A stretch of DNA of 64,000 bases from Octopus vulgaris (lineage: Eukaryota): positions 22,816,001-22,880,000 of the forward strand of contig OX597815.1 of NCBI GenBank assembly GCA_951406725.2. The letters run 5' to 3'. Under the pieces are notes generated by a model that had not been told where the DNA came from, searched no databases, and was given only the letters and a program-made list of their open reading frames with translations. A program made the translations under genes and the position numbers. Of this stretch, positions 1 through 14,700 are shown piece by piece. Each line of letters opens with the position of its first letter. Within the stretch, counting starts at the first letter, position 1.

Positions 1-389
1 CTTTGATTTGTAGATATGCGTCAGACAGATCAAGCTTTGAAAATATTTTTCCTCCATTTAGTTTTGTAAAAATATCTTCTAGGGTTGGTAGTGGATAATG
101 GCTCGTTTTTAAACAGTCATTTAAACCAGTCAAAAAATCAGCACACAACTTAATTTTGTTATTTTTCTTTTTTATAGATACAGTTGGAGCTTATCATTTC
201 ATATAATCGATTCTTTCAATGATTCTGTTTTTTAACAATCTGTCCAACTCATCATCCACTTGCTTTATTGCTACAAAAAGCACTATCCTATTAGGCTTGA
301 ACACAGGTGTAATGTTATCATCTAATTCAAAACATGCTTCATTCTTTGTGCATAGACCTAGTCTGTCTGAGAGTACTTGCAGAAACATT

Positions 390-697
390 TTTTAAGTGCC
401 AGTGGCACGTAAAAAGCACCATCCGTTCGTGGCCATTGCCAGCCTCACCTGGTCCCCGTGCCGGTGGCACGTAAAAAGCACCATCCGATTGTGGCCGTTT
501 GCCAGACTCGTCTGGCACATAAAAAGCACCCACTGCACTCACGGAGTGGTTGGAGTTAGGAAGGGCATCCAGCCATAGAAACATTGCCAGATCAGACTGG
601 GCCTGGTGCAGCCTTCTGGCTTCCCAGACCCCAGTTGAACCGTCCAACCCATGCTAGCATGGAAAGCGGACACTAAACGATGATGATGATGATGATG
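390..697 (+). mobile_element. RTE 3'-tail retroposon (family C). Other copies: ~8841-9045(-), 22387-22860(-), 23061-23390(-), 26180-26355(+), 36840-37020(+), 45855-46385(+), 52640-53040(-), 58075-58420(+), 61523-61728(-)
   Basis: Shared GGTGGCACGTAAAAAGCACC repeats, TTAGGAAGGGCATCCAGC, CCATGCTAGCATGGAAAGCGGAC and (GAT)n tail; variable 5' truncation. Confidence 0.88.
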
Positions 698-1015
698 AAC
701 TCTTCAGACGAATTATTATTAGGACAACCATTTATGTTTTTACAATAGAGATTTAAATCGAATAATTCTAACCAATCGGTACCATATAGACTGATTGCAT
801 TTTAAATGATGATGACTTTTGCCTTGCATGTTTTCCCTCAAAATGTGACATTAGTCCACATTTCGCCTATGAAATGTAATTTGTCACCTGTCATGCTACA
901 AGCAGATTTTGCTGTTTTTCTCAACAGAGGTTTCCCTATTTTCTTCCATGTGTCCATATTTATTATTGAAATATCATTTCCAGTATCCTATTGAAGTTTA
1001 ATATGTATTCCATTC

Positions 1016-1432
1016 ATTTTTACTCTTTTACTTGTTTCAGTCATTTGACTGCGGCCATGCTGGAGCACCACATTTAATCGAGCAACTCGACCCCGAGACT
1101 TATTCTTTTGTAAGCCCAGTACTTATTCTATCGGTCTCTTTTGCCAAACTGCTAAGTAACGGGGAAATAAACACACCAGCATCGGTTGTTAAGCAATGCT
1201 AGGGGGACAAACACAGATGCACAAACACACACACGCATATATATATATATATATATACACATATATACGATGGGCTTCTTTCAGTTTCCGTCTACCAAAT
1301 CCACTCACAAGGCTTTGGTTGGCCCAAGGCTATAGTAGAAGACACTTGCCCAAGGTGCCACGCAGTGGGACTGAACCCGGAACCATGTGGTTGGTAAACA
1401 AGCTACTTACCACACAACCACTCCTGCGCCTG
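1016..1432 (-). mobile_element. tRNA-derived SINE family B with internal (TA)n/(TG)n. Other copies: ~21297-21428(-), 57205-57610(-), 59675-59870(+), 60160-60595(-), 60855-61045(-, internally deleted), 62030-62370(-)
   Basis: Head AGGAGTGGCTGTGTGGTAAG...CCGGGTTCAGTCCC (A/B-box-like), GGCACCTTGGGCAAGTG core, tail GAAACAAGTAAAAGAGTAAAA. Confidence 0.9.
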
Positions 1433-1982
1433 TATACATGTATAAATTTTACGTGTATAAACTTTCTTATTTGGGAGTTGACTTTTGTTTCTGCTGAGAG
1501 CACTGTAGAATTTTTAATGCTTGATCTTCATAATTTTGTTCTGCAGTGTAAACTCTTGTGACTAATTCTTTTGCAACTGTAACATTTTTGATTTTTAAAT
1601 GGACAGTCTTTTCTAAAATGTATGCTCCACATTCATAACTTGGATTAGGACATGGTGCTCTTTTTTGGTTGTACTTTTCTGGTCAGCATATCTGTATTTT
1701 TGAGGAATCCTTTACTTGAATTTTTTTACATCATGTTTCAGGTTTACCATCCTTTGACATTTTTCTGGCATTGATTATAAGGTTAGATTTTGGTTTGCTT
1801 GTTCCAATTTCAAAAAAATTTTTGCCTGAATTTCTGTATCACACTGATGACAAACACAGAAATATTTTATTACTACAGAACCTAGCAAAGGAAGAGAGAA
1901 GCTAGAAGTTTTCTGTGAGGCTGAGTTATTAAAAAAAAAAAGCTGATGATTGTTCACATTAGATAACAATTAAAAAATTTAC

Positions 1983-2065
1983 CATTCAATTTGGACAACT
2001 GCTCTAGATCATCACCCATTTCAGCAGTCTCAATAAGAGCTTGCCGCACTTTCAAGTTTGTTTCC
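1983..2065 (-). CDS. ATP8B: Exon 7, [27 protein letters not shown]
   Basis: tttatattcag| acceptor, 83 nt (1+81+1), G|gtaaat donor; completes DGETNLK with exon 6. Confidence 0.95.
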
Positions 2066-2072
2066 CTGAATA

Positions 2073-2109
<37 letters not shown>

Positions 2110-5100
2110 AAGGTTGCCACAAATAGAGCAGTAAATGAAGTACAATATTAAACTATTACCTAAGTGTAAGTGCATTAGTCATAAAACAGCGTTGTTAGTA
2201 TAGAGCTAGAATGCAAAAAGCAGTATTTATGTAATGTAGTAAAACTATACACTATACAATAATGATTCCATGACTACAGCCAATAGTTATCATATCACTA
2301 TCATGTGTAATAAATACTAAATCCTAATGTATCCTTGAGAGTGTATTTAACAAGTACTAATGTGTCAGCTCAAGTTTCTGTATATTTTTCTATTAAGTGG
2401 TCCTTCACCTAAATATAAAGAGCATTCAGTTTGGACAATTGTTCTGTATCATACCCAGCAGTCTCAATTACAGCTTGACTTATTGGAAAGAGGAGAGCAT
2501 CCTAAATAATGAAGGATATAATGGTGTGTATTCCATCTTTGGTGTTGTGCTATGTTAGTGGAAAATACATTTTTTTCTTTGATGGGCCAATCTTTGGGCT
2601 ACAGTTAGGAATTATGTAAAAGCCCCTTGTGGGTAGTAAAGAAATAGGTATTTAGTCTGTTGCTACGTCCTGAGTTCAAATTCCGCCGAGGTCGACTTTG
2701 CCTTTCATCCTTTCGGGGTCGATAAATTAAGTACCAGTTACGCACTGGGGTCGATGTAATCGACTTAATACCTATGTCTGTCCTTGTTTGTCCCCTCTGT
2801 GTTTAGCCCCTTGTGGGTAATAAAGAAATAGATATTAGTGATATTTAAGGCGGTGAGCTGGCAGAAACGTTAGCACGCTGGGCGAAATGCGTAGCCGTAT
2901 TTCGTCTGCCGTTACGTTCTGGGTTCAAATTCCGCCGAGGTCGACTTTGCCTTTCATCCTTTCAGGGTCGATAAATTAAGTACCAGTTACGCACTAGGGT
3001 CGATGTAATTGACTTAATCCATTTGTCTGTCTTTGTTTGTCCCCTCTATGTTTAGCCCCTTGTGGGTAGTAAAGACATATATATATTGGTGACTCCACCA
3101 GTTAGAAACAGAGCCTAACTCTCTCCTATTGTTTTTAACATTGGGTAACATAGCCTTAGTTATGTACAAAGATGGGTAAAACTACAGCTGGGAAATCTTT
3201 CATCCCAGGCTAGCTCAGTCAATGTCAAGCTTGGTCTAAACAAGAATGACAGTAAAACAGAAAAATGTATATAACATTATTGAAAAGAGAATTCTGTAAA
3301 CAAAAACCACTTATAGATATATGCATCAATATTAGACTACTATGTTTAATAAACCAACCACTTATAGATACATGTAATAATAGTGGAATACTAAGTTTAA
3401 AAATTAAATTTTGCAATGTTTGCTTCACTCAGATGACTGAACATTTGCGACTGTGCACACGCGAGATGAATGGTTAACAACAGAAAAATACTGAGTATCC
3501 AGCCATAAAACACTTATGACAACAAACCATGTTGTTATGTCTTTAATAAAACAATAAAAAGCTTCCAGTAACAAAGGAAATATAACAAAATCTTTACTGC
3601 TTTATGGCTGGAGAAAAAGTATTTAGGCATTTAACCCTTTCGTTACCAAACCGCCCAAAGCCGCCCGAAAAAAATTTTGGTTTATGAGACCAAACCGCCC
3701 AAAGCTACCTGAATTTACCTATTCATATTTAAATGAGAATATCAGAGCAAATCTCTTCAGTACATTCGTGAAAACACGTATTATACTTCATAAACAGTTC
3801 AACTACAGTTTTGTACAATAATCAAAGTGTAATTTTAATTCCGTGAATTTTGGGAGATTTTTTTCCGAAATTTGTTCCTATTGTGTTTTCAAAATTTGTA
3901 ATTCTGACAAAAAATGGATACGAATTTCATTATATCAAGCAGCGAGTCAGAATTCGAAGGATTTTCTACTGAAGACCTTCATAAATCTAACTCTATGACT
4001 GAAAAAAAAAAGCATGTGGTATTTGATAATGAATCTGATGTTTCATTTTCCGAAAGTGAAAACAGGGAATCTGAGATCTCCGATAGCGATAAAGAAAACG
4101 AATTGGCACCTGAATGGAGTGAAAATTTAAAACTGTTTCTTTCGGTGATTTTTCTGAAGAAACTGGACCAAGCCACAGACTTTCCCAGAAGGGTAAAGCC
4201 TTAGACTATTTCTATTTACTTTTTAGAATGAGCCTATTTGAAATCATTACGGCAGAAACGAACCGTTACGCTAAACGTAAACAAAGCGAAAGAAAGGATA
4301 GTTTGCGGTTTCCCACAACCTTAAATGAAATTAAGACTATTTTGCCATAAATATTATTATGGGTATCAGAAAGCTACCCAGAATAACAAATTCTATCGTA
4401 AAATTTTGTTGTATACCCAATTGAATATTAGCTAATAACCCATTTTCTATAGCGATGTTTGAACAAAATTTTAATAATTTTATATTTTGTGGAATTTACC
4501 TGTATCTACCTGCAATTAGAGTCACTTTGTGACAAAAATTATAGTATAGAATTGGTTGAGAATATTTCATTAAATTATCTTCCAAAAATCAGATTAATAT
4601 ATCGATAAATAAAAAAGTTATAGTTGTTTAATGAAACCAGACTAAATTTATGATTACGTTAGAAATTAATTGAAACACATAAGGGGTGTAATTTGGTCAG
4701 AAATATAGTAACGAAAGGGTTAATGTAAGCTGGTTTATACTGAGTCCTTCTAGCATATTTAGATTGGTTTTTCAGATTTAATTGTTCTCTCAATAACCTC
4801 ACTTGCTTAATAATCTTAGTTATTTTGTTGTTCAAGTACCAGGTCACCTCTACTCCAGCAAACATATGTTCAAATGCATTTTAGCCATGACCATTCCATC
4901 TTTTTCACCCAGAAGATGTGTGTGTGTGTGTGTTTGTGTGTGTGTGTGAGTGAGTGAGTGAGTGAGTGTAATACAGACATGTACATGAAACAGCATTAAA
5001 TTAAATTAATGATGAGCATTATATTTATTAACAAATGTAGAACCATCATTAGCTATGATTCTCAATCTCAGAGAAACTTCTTAAAGAGACTTGTGCTTTA

Positions 5101-5730
5101 AAGTACACAGGGTTGTCTTGTCTCAGAATGTTATCATCAGATTATTAGACAAGGTGTTTCAACCTCAACTGATCCCCTCAATAGTAAACACTTCCAAACA
5201 TTCTGACCTAAGCTGAATTCCAATACAGAGTATTAGCAAACGAGACATTCACTGATTTGTGCAAAAGCTGGTCAGGCTAAAATGAAATCAATATAGGGAC
5301 TGGAAAGTTGCATTGAAAAGTTTATCTGAGACAAAGTATCACAGCTAGTGCCATTCCATGTTTCTATCACCGTTGTTTTAAATTCCTCCTGTAGCTGGAT
5401 GTCCTTCCAGTCACCAGCTCTCACCTATTTCCAAGTATGGTAATAGTTCCACAGAGCCAAATTATATTTTTGCAGAATATTAGAAATTAATAACACTGCG
5501 TGTATGACAGACACTCATATACAACTACCAGGTGATGTCAAGACAAGGCGATACAAACATACACACATACACTAACATGCACACATACACTAACATGCAC
5601 ACATGTACATGATGGGCTTCTTTCAGTTTCCATCTACCAAATCCACTCACAAAGCCACTTTGAGCAAGTGCCTTCTACTATAGCTTTGGGTCAACCAAAG
5701 GCTCATGAGTGGAAACTGAATGAAGCTTGT

Positions 5731-5793
<63 letters not shown>

Positions 5794-8700
5794 TTGTGTT
5801 TGTGTGTCTTTGTATCTGTATTTGTCTCCCACCACCACTTGATAACTGGTGTTGATGTGTTTACATCCCCATAACTTAACTATTTGGTGTGTGTGTGTCT
5901 GCACGCACACGCAAGGGGTTGAATTTTTCTGCATGGAGATATTGATATGCACTTACAATTTGTGATTTGAGAACTGTTCTCTTCCAATCAGAGAAAGATC
6001 AGTTTCAAATGAGGTACATTATACTGAATTTAGAGGCCAGGGATTTGACAAACATCCATAAAAATATGGCAGTGGTACATAAGCTCAGGTGAAGTAGAAG
6101 GAAACTAATAGGATTGTTCTTAACAAATGAAAATCTTTATTGAAACACAAGTTTGTTTAAATTGCCAAAGAGTTAAAAGAAGATTGTTTTGTAGACTATT
6201 TCATCACATTCATGCCTCTACTAACTTTGTCTTCAATTAATGCTAGACAAATCAAATACGAAAAATTATATGACATAGAAAAGATGTTATAAAAAAAGAA
6301 TAAAAACAGAACCCAATACTCACCCATCAAGCTCAGCAGTTTCAATATAGCATAAACTGTTTGGTTCACTTGTAGACAATAGATAAAGATCAGCCTGTTC
6401 AAAGAAATAGTAAAATAACTATCACTCATACCTAGAAACAATCTGTGTCTCATTTTAGTTAATCACTGTGTTAAATATCCAAGAGGAGAACATGTAATAC
6501 AACTATAAGGATATAAGGCTAATAATAGGTAGTAATTAGCAATATATAAGATTGTTAAAATAGTAAATAGCTAGAAATACTATTAAAGGGAAATTAGCAT
6601 TGCTTTTTTGGAATGGATTTTTGGTGTAGTTTTGTAAAAATACAATGGGTTATGTTACAAACTATATAACACACAAAATACTATAGCACATTGTAGCACT
6701 CACCCATTATTAATCTAGTGCTTTTAAAGTTTGTAAAGCCAAGATGTCCTGGACATTAAAATCTTCATTAATATCAAAAAAAATAATTCAGTATTCTCAA
6801 CATTAGATATTAATAACACTACACTATGCTTGTATCTCCTTGTCTTGACATCACCTGGTAGTTGTAGATGAGCGTCTCTGCCATGCATCACCTTAATTAA
6901 ACACCCAAAACCACCCCATTTTTGATAATACATATTTTTATGACAAGCACTTAGAAAACAAATTACAGGACAAACAACAATTTAACCAAGTTGTTAAGGC
7001 ATCAGATAGAAGAAGTGCTTCACAGTATTTGTTCCAACTCTCTTTGCTCTGAGTTCAAATCACTTCAAGTCCAACTTTGCCTTTCAACCTTTCAGGCTCA
7101 ATAAAAAAGAAGGGCAATGGATTGAAGGAATCACTGGAGTATCAGATGGGATACTTTATGGTACATTCCAGTTCCTTATCTTCTCACATCATTGCTTGCA
7201 ATGGCACTGGTACCAAACAGCATTGGTCTTGCCTTGACCTTGGACATCATTAAAAGCATTAAAAGAGAGGGCATCGCATACATGTGCAACTACTAGTCTT
7301 TCACAAAAAAAAATCTTTCAGATTCCAGCTTCTTGGAAAGGAGCATTCCTGGTGCAAAAAATCAGCTATGATTGAAAGGGGCCTTAGAAACCCTGAACAT
7401 CTTTCACTCAAGGGAAAATGATGCAATAGTAATACAATTTTGTTTGAGAGCATTTTGCTCATTGTCAATTTATTAAAACAATTTACAAGTAATTCCACAT
7501 GCTCTCAATGGGGAACTCACATTATCAATACAATAATGAACGCTAAGCTTTACTGGTGAGGTCAGAATAAGACCAAACCATATCCAGTGTTGTCCCTTTC
7601 ACTTGTAGGAAAGAAATTGAAATAATATTAGTAATTGACTAACAATGTTATTCCTCATATATTTATTCCTGGTAGCATATGAATGCCTGCAGCATTACAA
7701 CATCAACACTTATGTATCATCTAACAACAACAACTGTGTCCTAGTATCCTTTTAATATAAGTTTTGTTTTGAAATAAACATTCTACATGACTAGTGAAAC
7801 ACTTTTTCCAGTAGTTTTACTTTTCTGTTTTTCTGTTTTTTTGGGGTTTTTTTTTTCATTACATCCCAATACACTTTCATTGTAAAACTGCTAGATACAC
7901 TTTTTAATGATAATTCATTTAACAACAATAGTACACATTTCATATATAACTTGCACTGCAATGACATACACTGCCATCTTTGTACCTCATATGACTCTAT
8001 AAGTTACCCAAATTTCAAGCCCTTTCTTTCCTGTGCCCTTATTGCCTTCTCAAGACACCATCAACTCAATAATCAGACATTTTTTTTTATCAGGTCAAAT
8101 TAAGCCATAAGGTCAAGATATTGTTTTGAAATTACAATATGGCTTAGGAACACAAACACTTCTATCAAATTGATCTTCGTGTTCCTGTCATTAGAACCAT
8201 TCATAAGTTAGGCTATTGGCTTTCTTTAGTTTTTATTCCTCTGCAGCTCTTTCTCACTCACCTGTGAAAAACAACAATGGTACAACTTGATATTGATTCA
8301 TTGTATTGATGTAGCAGCATAGTTGTTATAGCAACCATAGCAGTTATTAAGGGTCTTCAGATTTTTGTCACTTTCAAGTAGCTTCCTTCACTTTTCACTA
8401 CCAATATCATAGTTGGTGAAATAGAAGACCTAACCATGAATGCCTATCTTCAATGCCTCTAAGTTTTCAATGAATCTCTGAGTGGCAAATCACATTAAAA
8501 GTCCTTTGATATGTCATGGAAGGCAAAACATTCAATACTTTGTGTATCAGTGAATGAGTAATACATGCATATGTATTTACCAAATTAAGCCTTTCTTCCA
8601 TTCTTAGCATGTTGAATGGCACATCAAATCATAGGGATGTGCTCAAGACAGCATAAGAACCCCAGGACATTGGGTTATTGAACTGAAATGCTTATGAGTC

Positions 8701-11700
8701 CAGTCAGTGCTAGCAACCTTGATATCCTCCTTCCCAGTATCTATAAAGCACCTTTCCATCTACAAGGAGAAGTAGAGGACAAAACAGGTCAAACTCCAAT
8801 TATATGTTGCTGTTCCCTTGGTAATACACCTATATGACTTCATCATCATCATTTAGCATCCGCTTTCCATGCTAGCATGGGTTGGATGGTTCGACTGGGG
8901 TCTGGGAAGCCAGGAGGCTGCACCAGGCCCAGTCTGATCTGGCAATGTTTCTACGGCTTGATGCCCTACCTAACGCCAACCACTCCATGAGTGTAGTGGG
9001 TGCTTTTTACGTGCCACCAGCACAGGTGCCAGATGGGGCTGGCAAAATTTTATATTCACTATTAATAAATAAACCTAAATGTAAGTTATTTAAACATATG
9101 GCATGTAAAAATGTTTAAATGTATACTGTAATATATTAGAAAACTGCCTTCCAGTACCCAAAACATGTGACTGTAGCTGCTGTGTTTTTATACAACTTTA
9201 TAATATAAAAGTCCTAAGGTGGAAGAAAGTGTCAACTACATAAACTGTTGGCAATCCTCTTGCAAGAAAGACTGACCAATCCCTACTCTTGACCTTAAAA
9301 GATAGATTGTACATGCACCAGGAAAAGCATTAATCATTATGTCATGTTGACTGTTCTTATCAGATGATTTAGAACAAAACAAATAACAATAAACTTATTG
9401 TATACTTATTGTATACAGTGCTATTTAGGTAGAATTTTATCTCAAATCAAATTGATTAAAATTTACATCATAGTACACATAATGGACGAAGTGGTATTTT
9501 GTTGGAAGTGAAAATATAAACTAATGCTTACTGCCACAAACTGGTTGTTTTCCATTCGAATGATATCACCAACAACAACTTTGTGCCATTTTTCTTCAAC
9601 CATTTGACCATCACGAAGCACAGAGGAAATACGATTATTAACCTGGTTGTCACTTCGATGGCGTTGCTAAAGAAAAATGTATATAAATAAAAATCCTTCA
9701 TACATACCTACATTCATATATGAATATATCAATAAACAAATTCTACACACACACACATGCACACATGCACACACACACATACACATGCACACACACACAC
9801 ACACACACATACATACATACGTGCATGTAAGATAGGTGTGTAAGTATAAATGATGTCATGTAAAAATATTTTTAGGAATATTTGATAAAGTTATACATTT
9901 TCAAATCACTTATTGGAAAAATCTTAATTTAGAAAAAAAAGAATTTTCATTTATATTTTTAGGGGAAGGATAGTAATGAAAATATAAAACTTCCTTTGGC
10001 TTTTATTTCTTAGATTTTATAAAACCAGAGCTACAGCTTAAAACACATAAAATGCATTTTACAGTGACTGATTCATATCCTAGCAACATTACTACTTTGG
10101 CTACAAAACTAGAGGAAATACAATAGCTGAACCTATATAAAATTCAAACAATCAATTCAGATTTACCTCTCTCATAAACTATATAGACTTTCAACAGATG
10201 TCTTTATTTTTTGCTTCCTTTACCCAACCTACATCCACTTATAAATAAATAGTATTATAAATAAATAGACATTTATGTCTGTTTATTTTGCAAATCAATT
10301 TCAAGCTAAAATATTACTGATCATCAACATCATCATCATTTACCATCCATGTTCCATGCAGCCATGGGTTGGATAGTTTGACAGGACCTAACAAGTCCAA
10401 GGACTGCATCATGCTCCAAAGTTTGCTATGGTATAGTTTCTAAGGTTAGATGCCCTTCCTAATGCCAACCACTTTACAGCATGTACCAGGTGCTCTTTCA
10501 TGGTACCAGCACTGCTGAGGTTATTTCTTTTGACTTTGTATTCTTTTATTCTTGACTCTTTACATTTCAATTTCAAACCCCACCATGGTCAACTTTGCTT
10601 CTATCCCTCCAGGGTTGGTAAAATAAAGTACCAGTCAAGTACTGTGGTCAAAATGTATCAGTTAAGCCTCTCCCCTCAAAATTGTTGCCCTCATGTCCAA
10701 ATTATAAACCATCGTTATTTGCATCGTAATTATCATAAGTCAACAGAATGGCTGAACCAACAGGTGATATTTAGTTAGATTACTGATCTTCTGAGTTCAA
10801 ATACTGTCAAAATAAACTTTGCTTCCTATAAATAATTACTTCACACACTGGTGTTAATTTATCAGCTGCCCTTTTTCTCATAACGTGCAGCCTTGCGTCA
10901 ATGTTAGAATCATTATGACCAATATCACCATCATTTTATTACTGGAGTAAGAGCTGTGATGCAGCAGTAAGGTGTTCATGAGTTGTGTTTACTACATGAA
11001 TTTGCTTCCTATATTAGCACTGCTTCAATGTACAGCATTACTAACTTGGGGAATATATTACTGCCCAAACTTCACCTTCACTGAAATACTGAGACTGAAA
11101 CCTTATAAGAAATAACAGTAGTATACTGAGGTTGATTAAATCAACTACACCTCTTCCTGTCACAAATATGTGGCTTTTTGCCAATGTGAGTAATATATTT
11201 AATATTAATTTTATGTAAGAAATCCTCATTACTACTACAATGTTTTTATTATCATCATCATCATCATCATCATCATAAGTTTCCCAGATTTGGTACAGTG
11301 CCTAACTTGGTTCCTTGCAGTTCAAAGCCCACAGGACCGGAGTTCTCATCCTCAAAGATTGATTAAATACAGTAAAATGAAATGGCTGATTTACCCACAC
11401 AAATCCTTTTCACAGCAAAATTGGATTCCATTTTGATCAATTGCATTATTGCTGCTTAATTCTATATAGTATTTCATATATTTTTACTATACTGTTCCTA
11501 GCAAGATGATGAGTAGTAATACCTCTTGGAACTAGCAATCATAACCACCAGCAGAGACCTCAAATGCACAATCAACTAGATAGAATTTCTAGCATGCTAA
11601 TGGTGCTATTTTGATCATCAGTAAAGTAAATAAAAAATCTCTGACAACCATGGCAGAAATCCAGCTCATAACTGTAAGGTATCAAATATTTTTTCCATTA

Positions 11701-14700
11701 TAGAGTAAAATATCATCAGCACCTTTTAAATCCAGCAAGAATACATTAGTGTTGAACTAAAAAGTGAAATCACTCACTACAATTAAAGCAAAATGACAAA
11801 GTAATTTCATACAGCTAATATACAAGGGCAGTGGAGTGGCACAAAGAGTAGAGAATTAGAGAAAATGCTTTGCAATATTTAGTTATATCCCTTCATGTTT
11901 GAAGTTCAAATTGATTTAGTTTTTCATTCACTCCAGGGTTGATAAAATAAGTATGTACTAGGGTTCAGTTTAATAAACCATGCCCCTTTCCTGCAATTCG
12001 ACACCCTGACAGCAATGAAAGAGGATGCTCGAAAAATGTGGTTGATACAATAAGAAAGTTCAGGCAACAAAGGGCTTATCTCTCGAGATTAAGGATAGAC
12101 TGTATAAAGCTTGTGTGCAAAGTGCACTGTTGCACAGTGGTGAAACATGGCTTTGAGGGTAGAGGATATGTAAAGGCTTGAAAGAAATGAAGTGAGTAAG
12201 CTTCATTGGATGTGTGTGAATGACAATGTATAAATGAAATGAGAAACAAATTGGGTTTTAAAAGAATCAGCTGTAGGGTGCAAGAAAGGAGACTGTATTT
12301 GTTAGGGGTATGTGATACAAAGTGGAGGATAGCAGCTGCCTAAGCAAGTACAGAGCATTCAAAGTGAAGTGGTACCCATGTGAGAGGTAAACCAAGAAAC
12401 ATTTGGGATAAGGTGGTAAAAAATGATCTCAGGATGTTATAATATCTGACAAAGACAATAATAAAGACCATGATAACTAGTAATACACAGTGCTGCAAAA
12501 AATCAGACCTCCTGTGCATGCACCCCATTCTTTGCTGTTCCTATTCTGTACCCCACCTCTCATCTCTTCAACTCACTGTACCATGGCACCCATTACTGAG
12601 AGAAAAATACTTGATTTGTACATATTGAATATTCCCACCATCTACATTTTACTACCCATTCCTTTCTCTTAAATCAAAACCAAGATACTTGAGTGGGTGA
12701 GGAGATCAAATGGTGACAACCTTTACCTGCCCTCCCTAACTCCCTGTCACCATGCTCTTTTGGGCATGTTACATTAAGAATATACTCTTGCCCTTCATCA
12801 TCATCCCATGTATCTCTCCTTCACACCACTCTATCCACCCATATATAATTGGGGGTAGCACTGTATCACCTATTCAACCAACCTCATCTCTCCTCACCTT
12901 ATCAATGACTCTTTCACTAATCCTTTAACAGTATCTTTCCCTTTACCGTTCCCATTCTATCCTATTACCCATTTTCATCTAATCTTTCTTTTATGCACCA
13001 TTTCTCCCCTACTTTCACATTATCCTTCCACTCTCTCCTTTACATTAATCCCTGATATTATTTTTTCCTTCTCCTCTTCTCCCCCACCCCAACACACTAC
13101 TCCTTCTATTATTTATTTCATTACCATCCCAAGTTTATTCCTTTCCAGTGTGAGGTGCTCTCTTTTGCTTTACAAGCGACAAGGCAACCCCAACAATGTT
13201 GGTGCCACAAAGAGGATAACAAAATAAAGTTGGTTTTAGTGGTATTTGAACTCAGAACATGAAGAACCAGTAAATACTACAAGGAATTTTGTCCTATGCT
13301 TCAACTAAACCAATTCACTGCCATTTTAATAATCATTATCATCATAATTTAACTGCCACTTTCCATGCTGACATGTGTTGGATAATTCAACAGGAGTTGG
13401 TAAGTCAGAAGACTGCGCCAAGCTCTACTCTCTGCTCTGGTATGATTTCTGTGGATGGACACCCTCCAAATACCATGTAGTAAAAGTGGTAGTAGAAAAT
13501 TAATGTAATAATTAATTATTAGCAATGGAAGCTGTATTAATACCAAAATGTAATATTTATATCCAACTTAACATGGCTGTTTTGTTAGAACACCAACTAC
13601 TGCATTATTAGCCTTGAGAGATCCTCCCATATAGGCCCTTAGTGCATAGATGATAGCAGACAAGAATCAGCAGTCCTGAGCACTAGAGCTCCTATATCAC
13701 ATAATTTCATTCTATTGAAAATCATCAGTGAGAGGCATCCAATTACCGCATGCCAGTCAAAATCTCGCTACTACAATATATAGAATATCAACATCTTTTC
13801 AGACATTGGTTTCACAAATAGCCAGCAGGCTTATTTAAAATTAATTATTAGCCATAGAAGCGGTATTAATAACAAAAGGTAATCTTTATATCCAACTTAA
13901 AGTAGATGGCTTGTTAGAACACCAAATACTGCATTATCAGTCTTGAAAGTCCCTTACATATAGACATTTGGTGCATAAAAGTACACACATAAATTGTAAC
14001 AGACAGCACTCAAGACGGGCAATTCTTGGCTAACAAGACATCCATGTTAAGAAAACAGAGATTTAGGTGTCAAATTTACAGTCTAAATGCAGGAAGTATA
14101 CTGTTTGCCAAGCCAATTGGCAACAGTGCTATGCTATGAAGGAATCATATAAAACAGAATTTTGGTAATTCCTATAAATATTGCCAAAAATATCAGTAAA
14201 GCCATAAATAGATATGGAGTCAGATCATAGGATTATAGAATTGTATAACTACAGTAAGGCAGTTGTATCTATGGAGAACAAAAAAAATCAAACTTACCTG
14301 TTTATGTAGATGGTAGTTAGCAGGGGTGGATAAAATATTGTAGAAGATTGATAGAAGGTGAAGTAAAATACAGAGAGTGGGAAGGTAAAAATGGAGAGGG
14401 AAGAAATAGAGGGAGAGAGGATAGAGAATAAGGAATGTAAAATACCAAACAGGAGAAAATGCATGGGATTCAGAAGAACAAAGTACAGGATGCATACAGA
14501 AACAAAAACAAAAAAAAAAACAAGAAAAAAAAAGATAGAAGCTGCAAGAAAGAAATAAAGAGATACAAAGAGAGAGAAGTGTGTGGAAGGAGAAGAAGAG
14601 GAAGAAGGCAGATTGGAAACAAGAAAGAGTGGAAAAAAGAGGAAAGACAGGTAAACAGAGGGAATACAAGAGTGAAAGAGAGAGCAAAAGATAGGAAGAA

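Larger units (their letters stand above)
1..1850 (-). mobile_element. Decayed Ty3/Gypsy LTR-retrotransposon gag-pol remnant, interrupted by two short retroposon insertions
   Basis: Minus-strand translation shows zinc knuckles (RKDCPFKNQKCYSCKRISHKSLHC, ~1545-1615), a protease motif (KLQ*DTGNDISIINMDTWKKIGKP, ~930-1000) and the RT start (QVDDELDRL...HYPLPTLEDIFTKLNGGKIFSKLDLSDAYLQIK, 1-390), with stops and frameshifts. Confidence 0.85.

Noticed and set aside
2849-2940. tRNA genes at SINE heads
   Set aside because: A/B-box-like motifs continue into SINE bodies and tails; no complete cloverleaf was seen.
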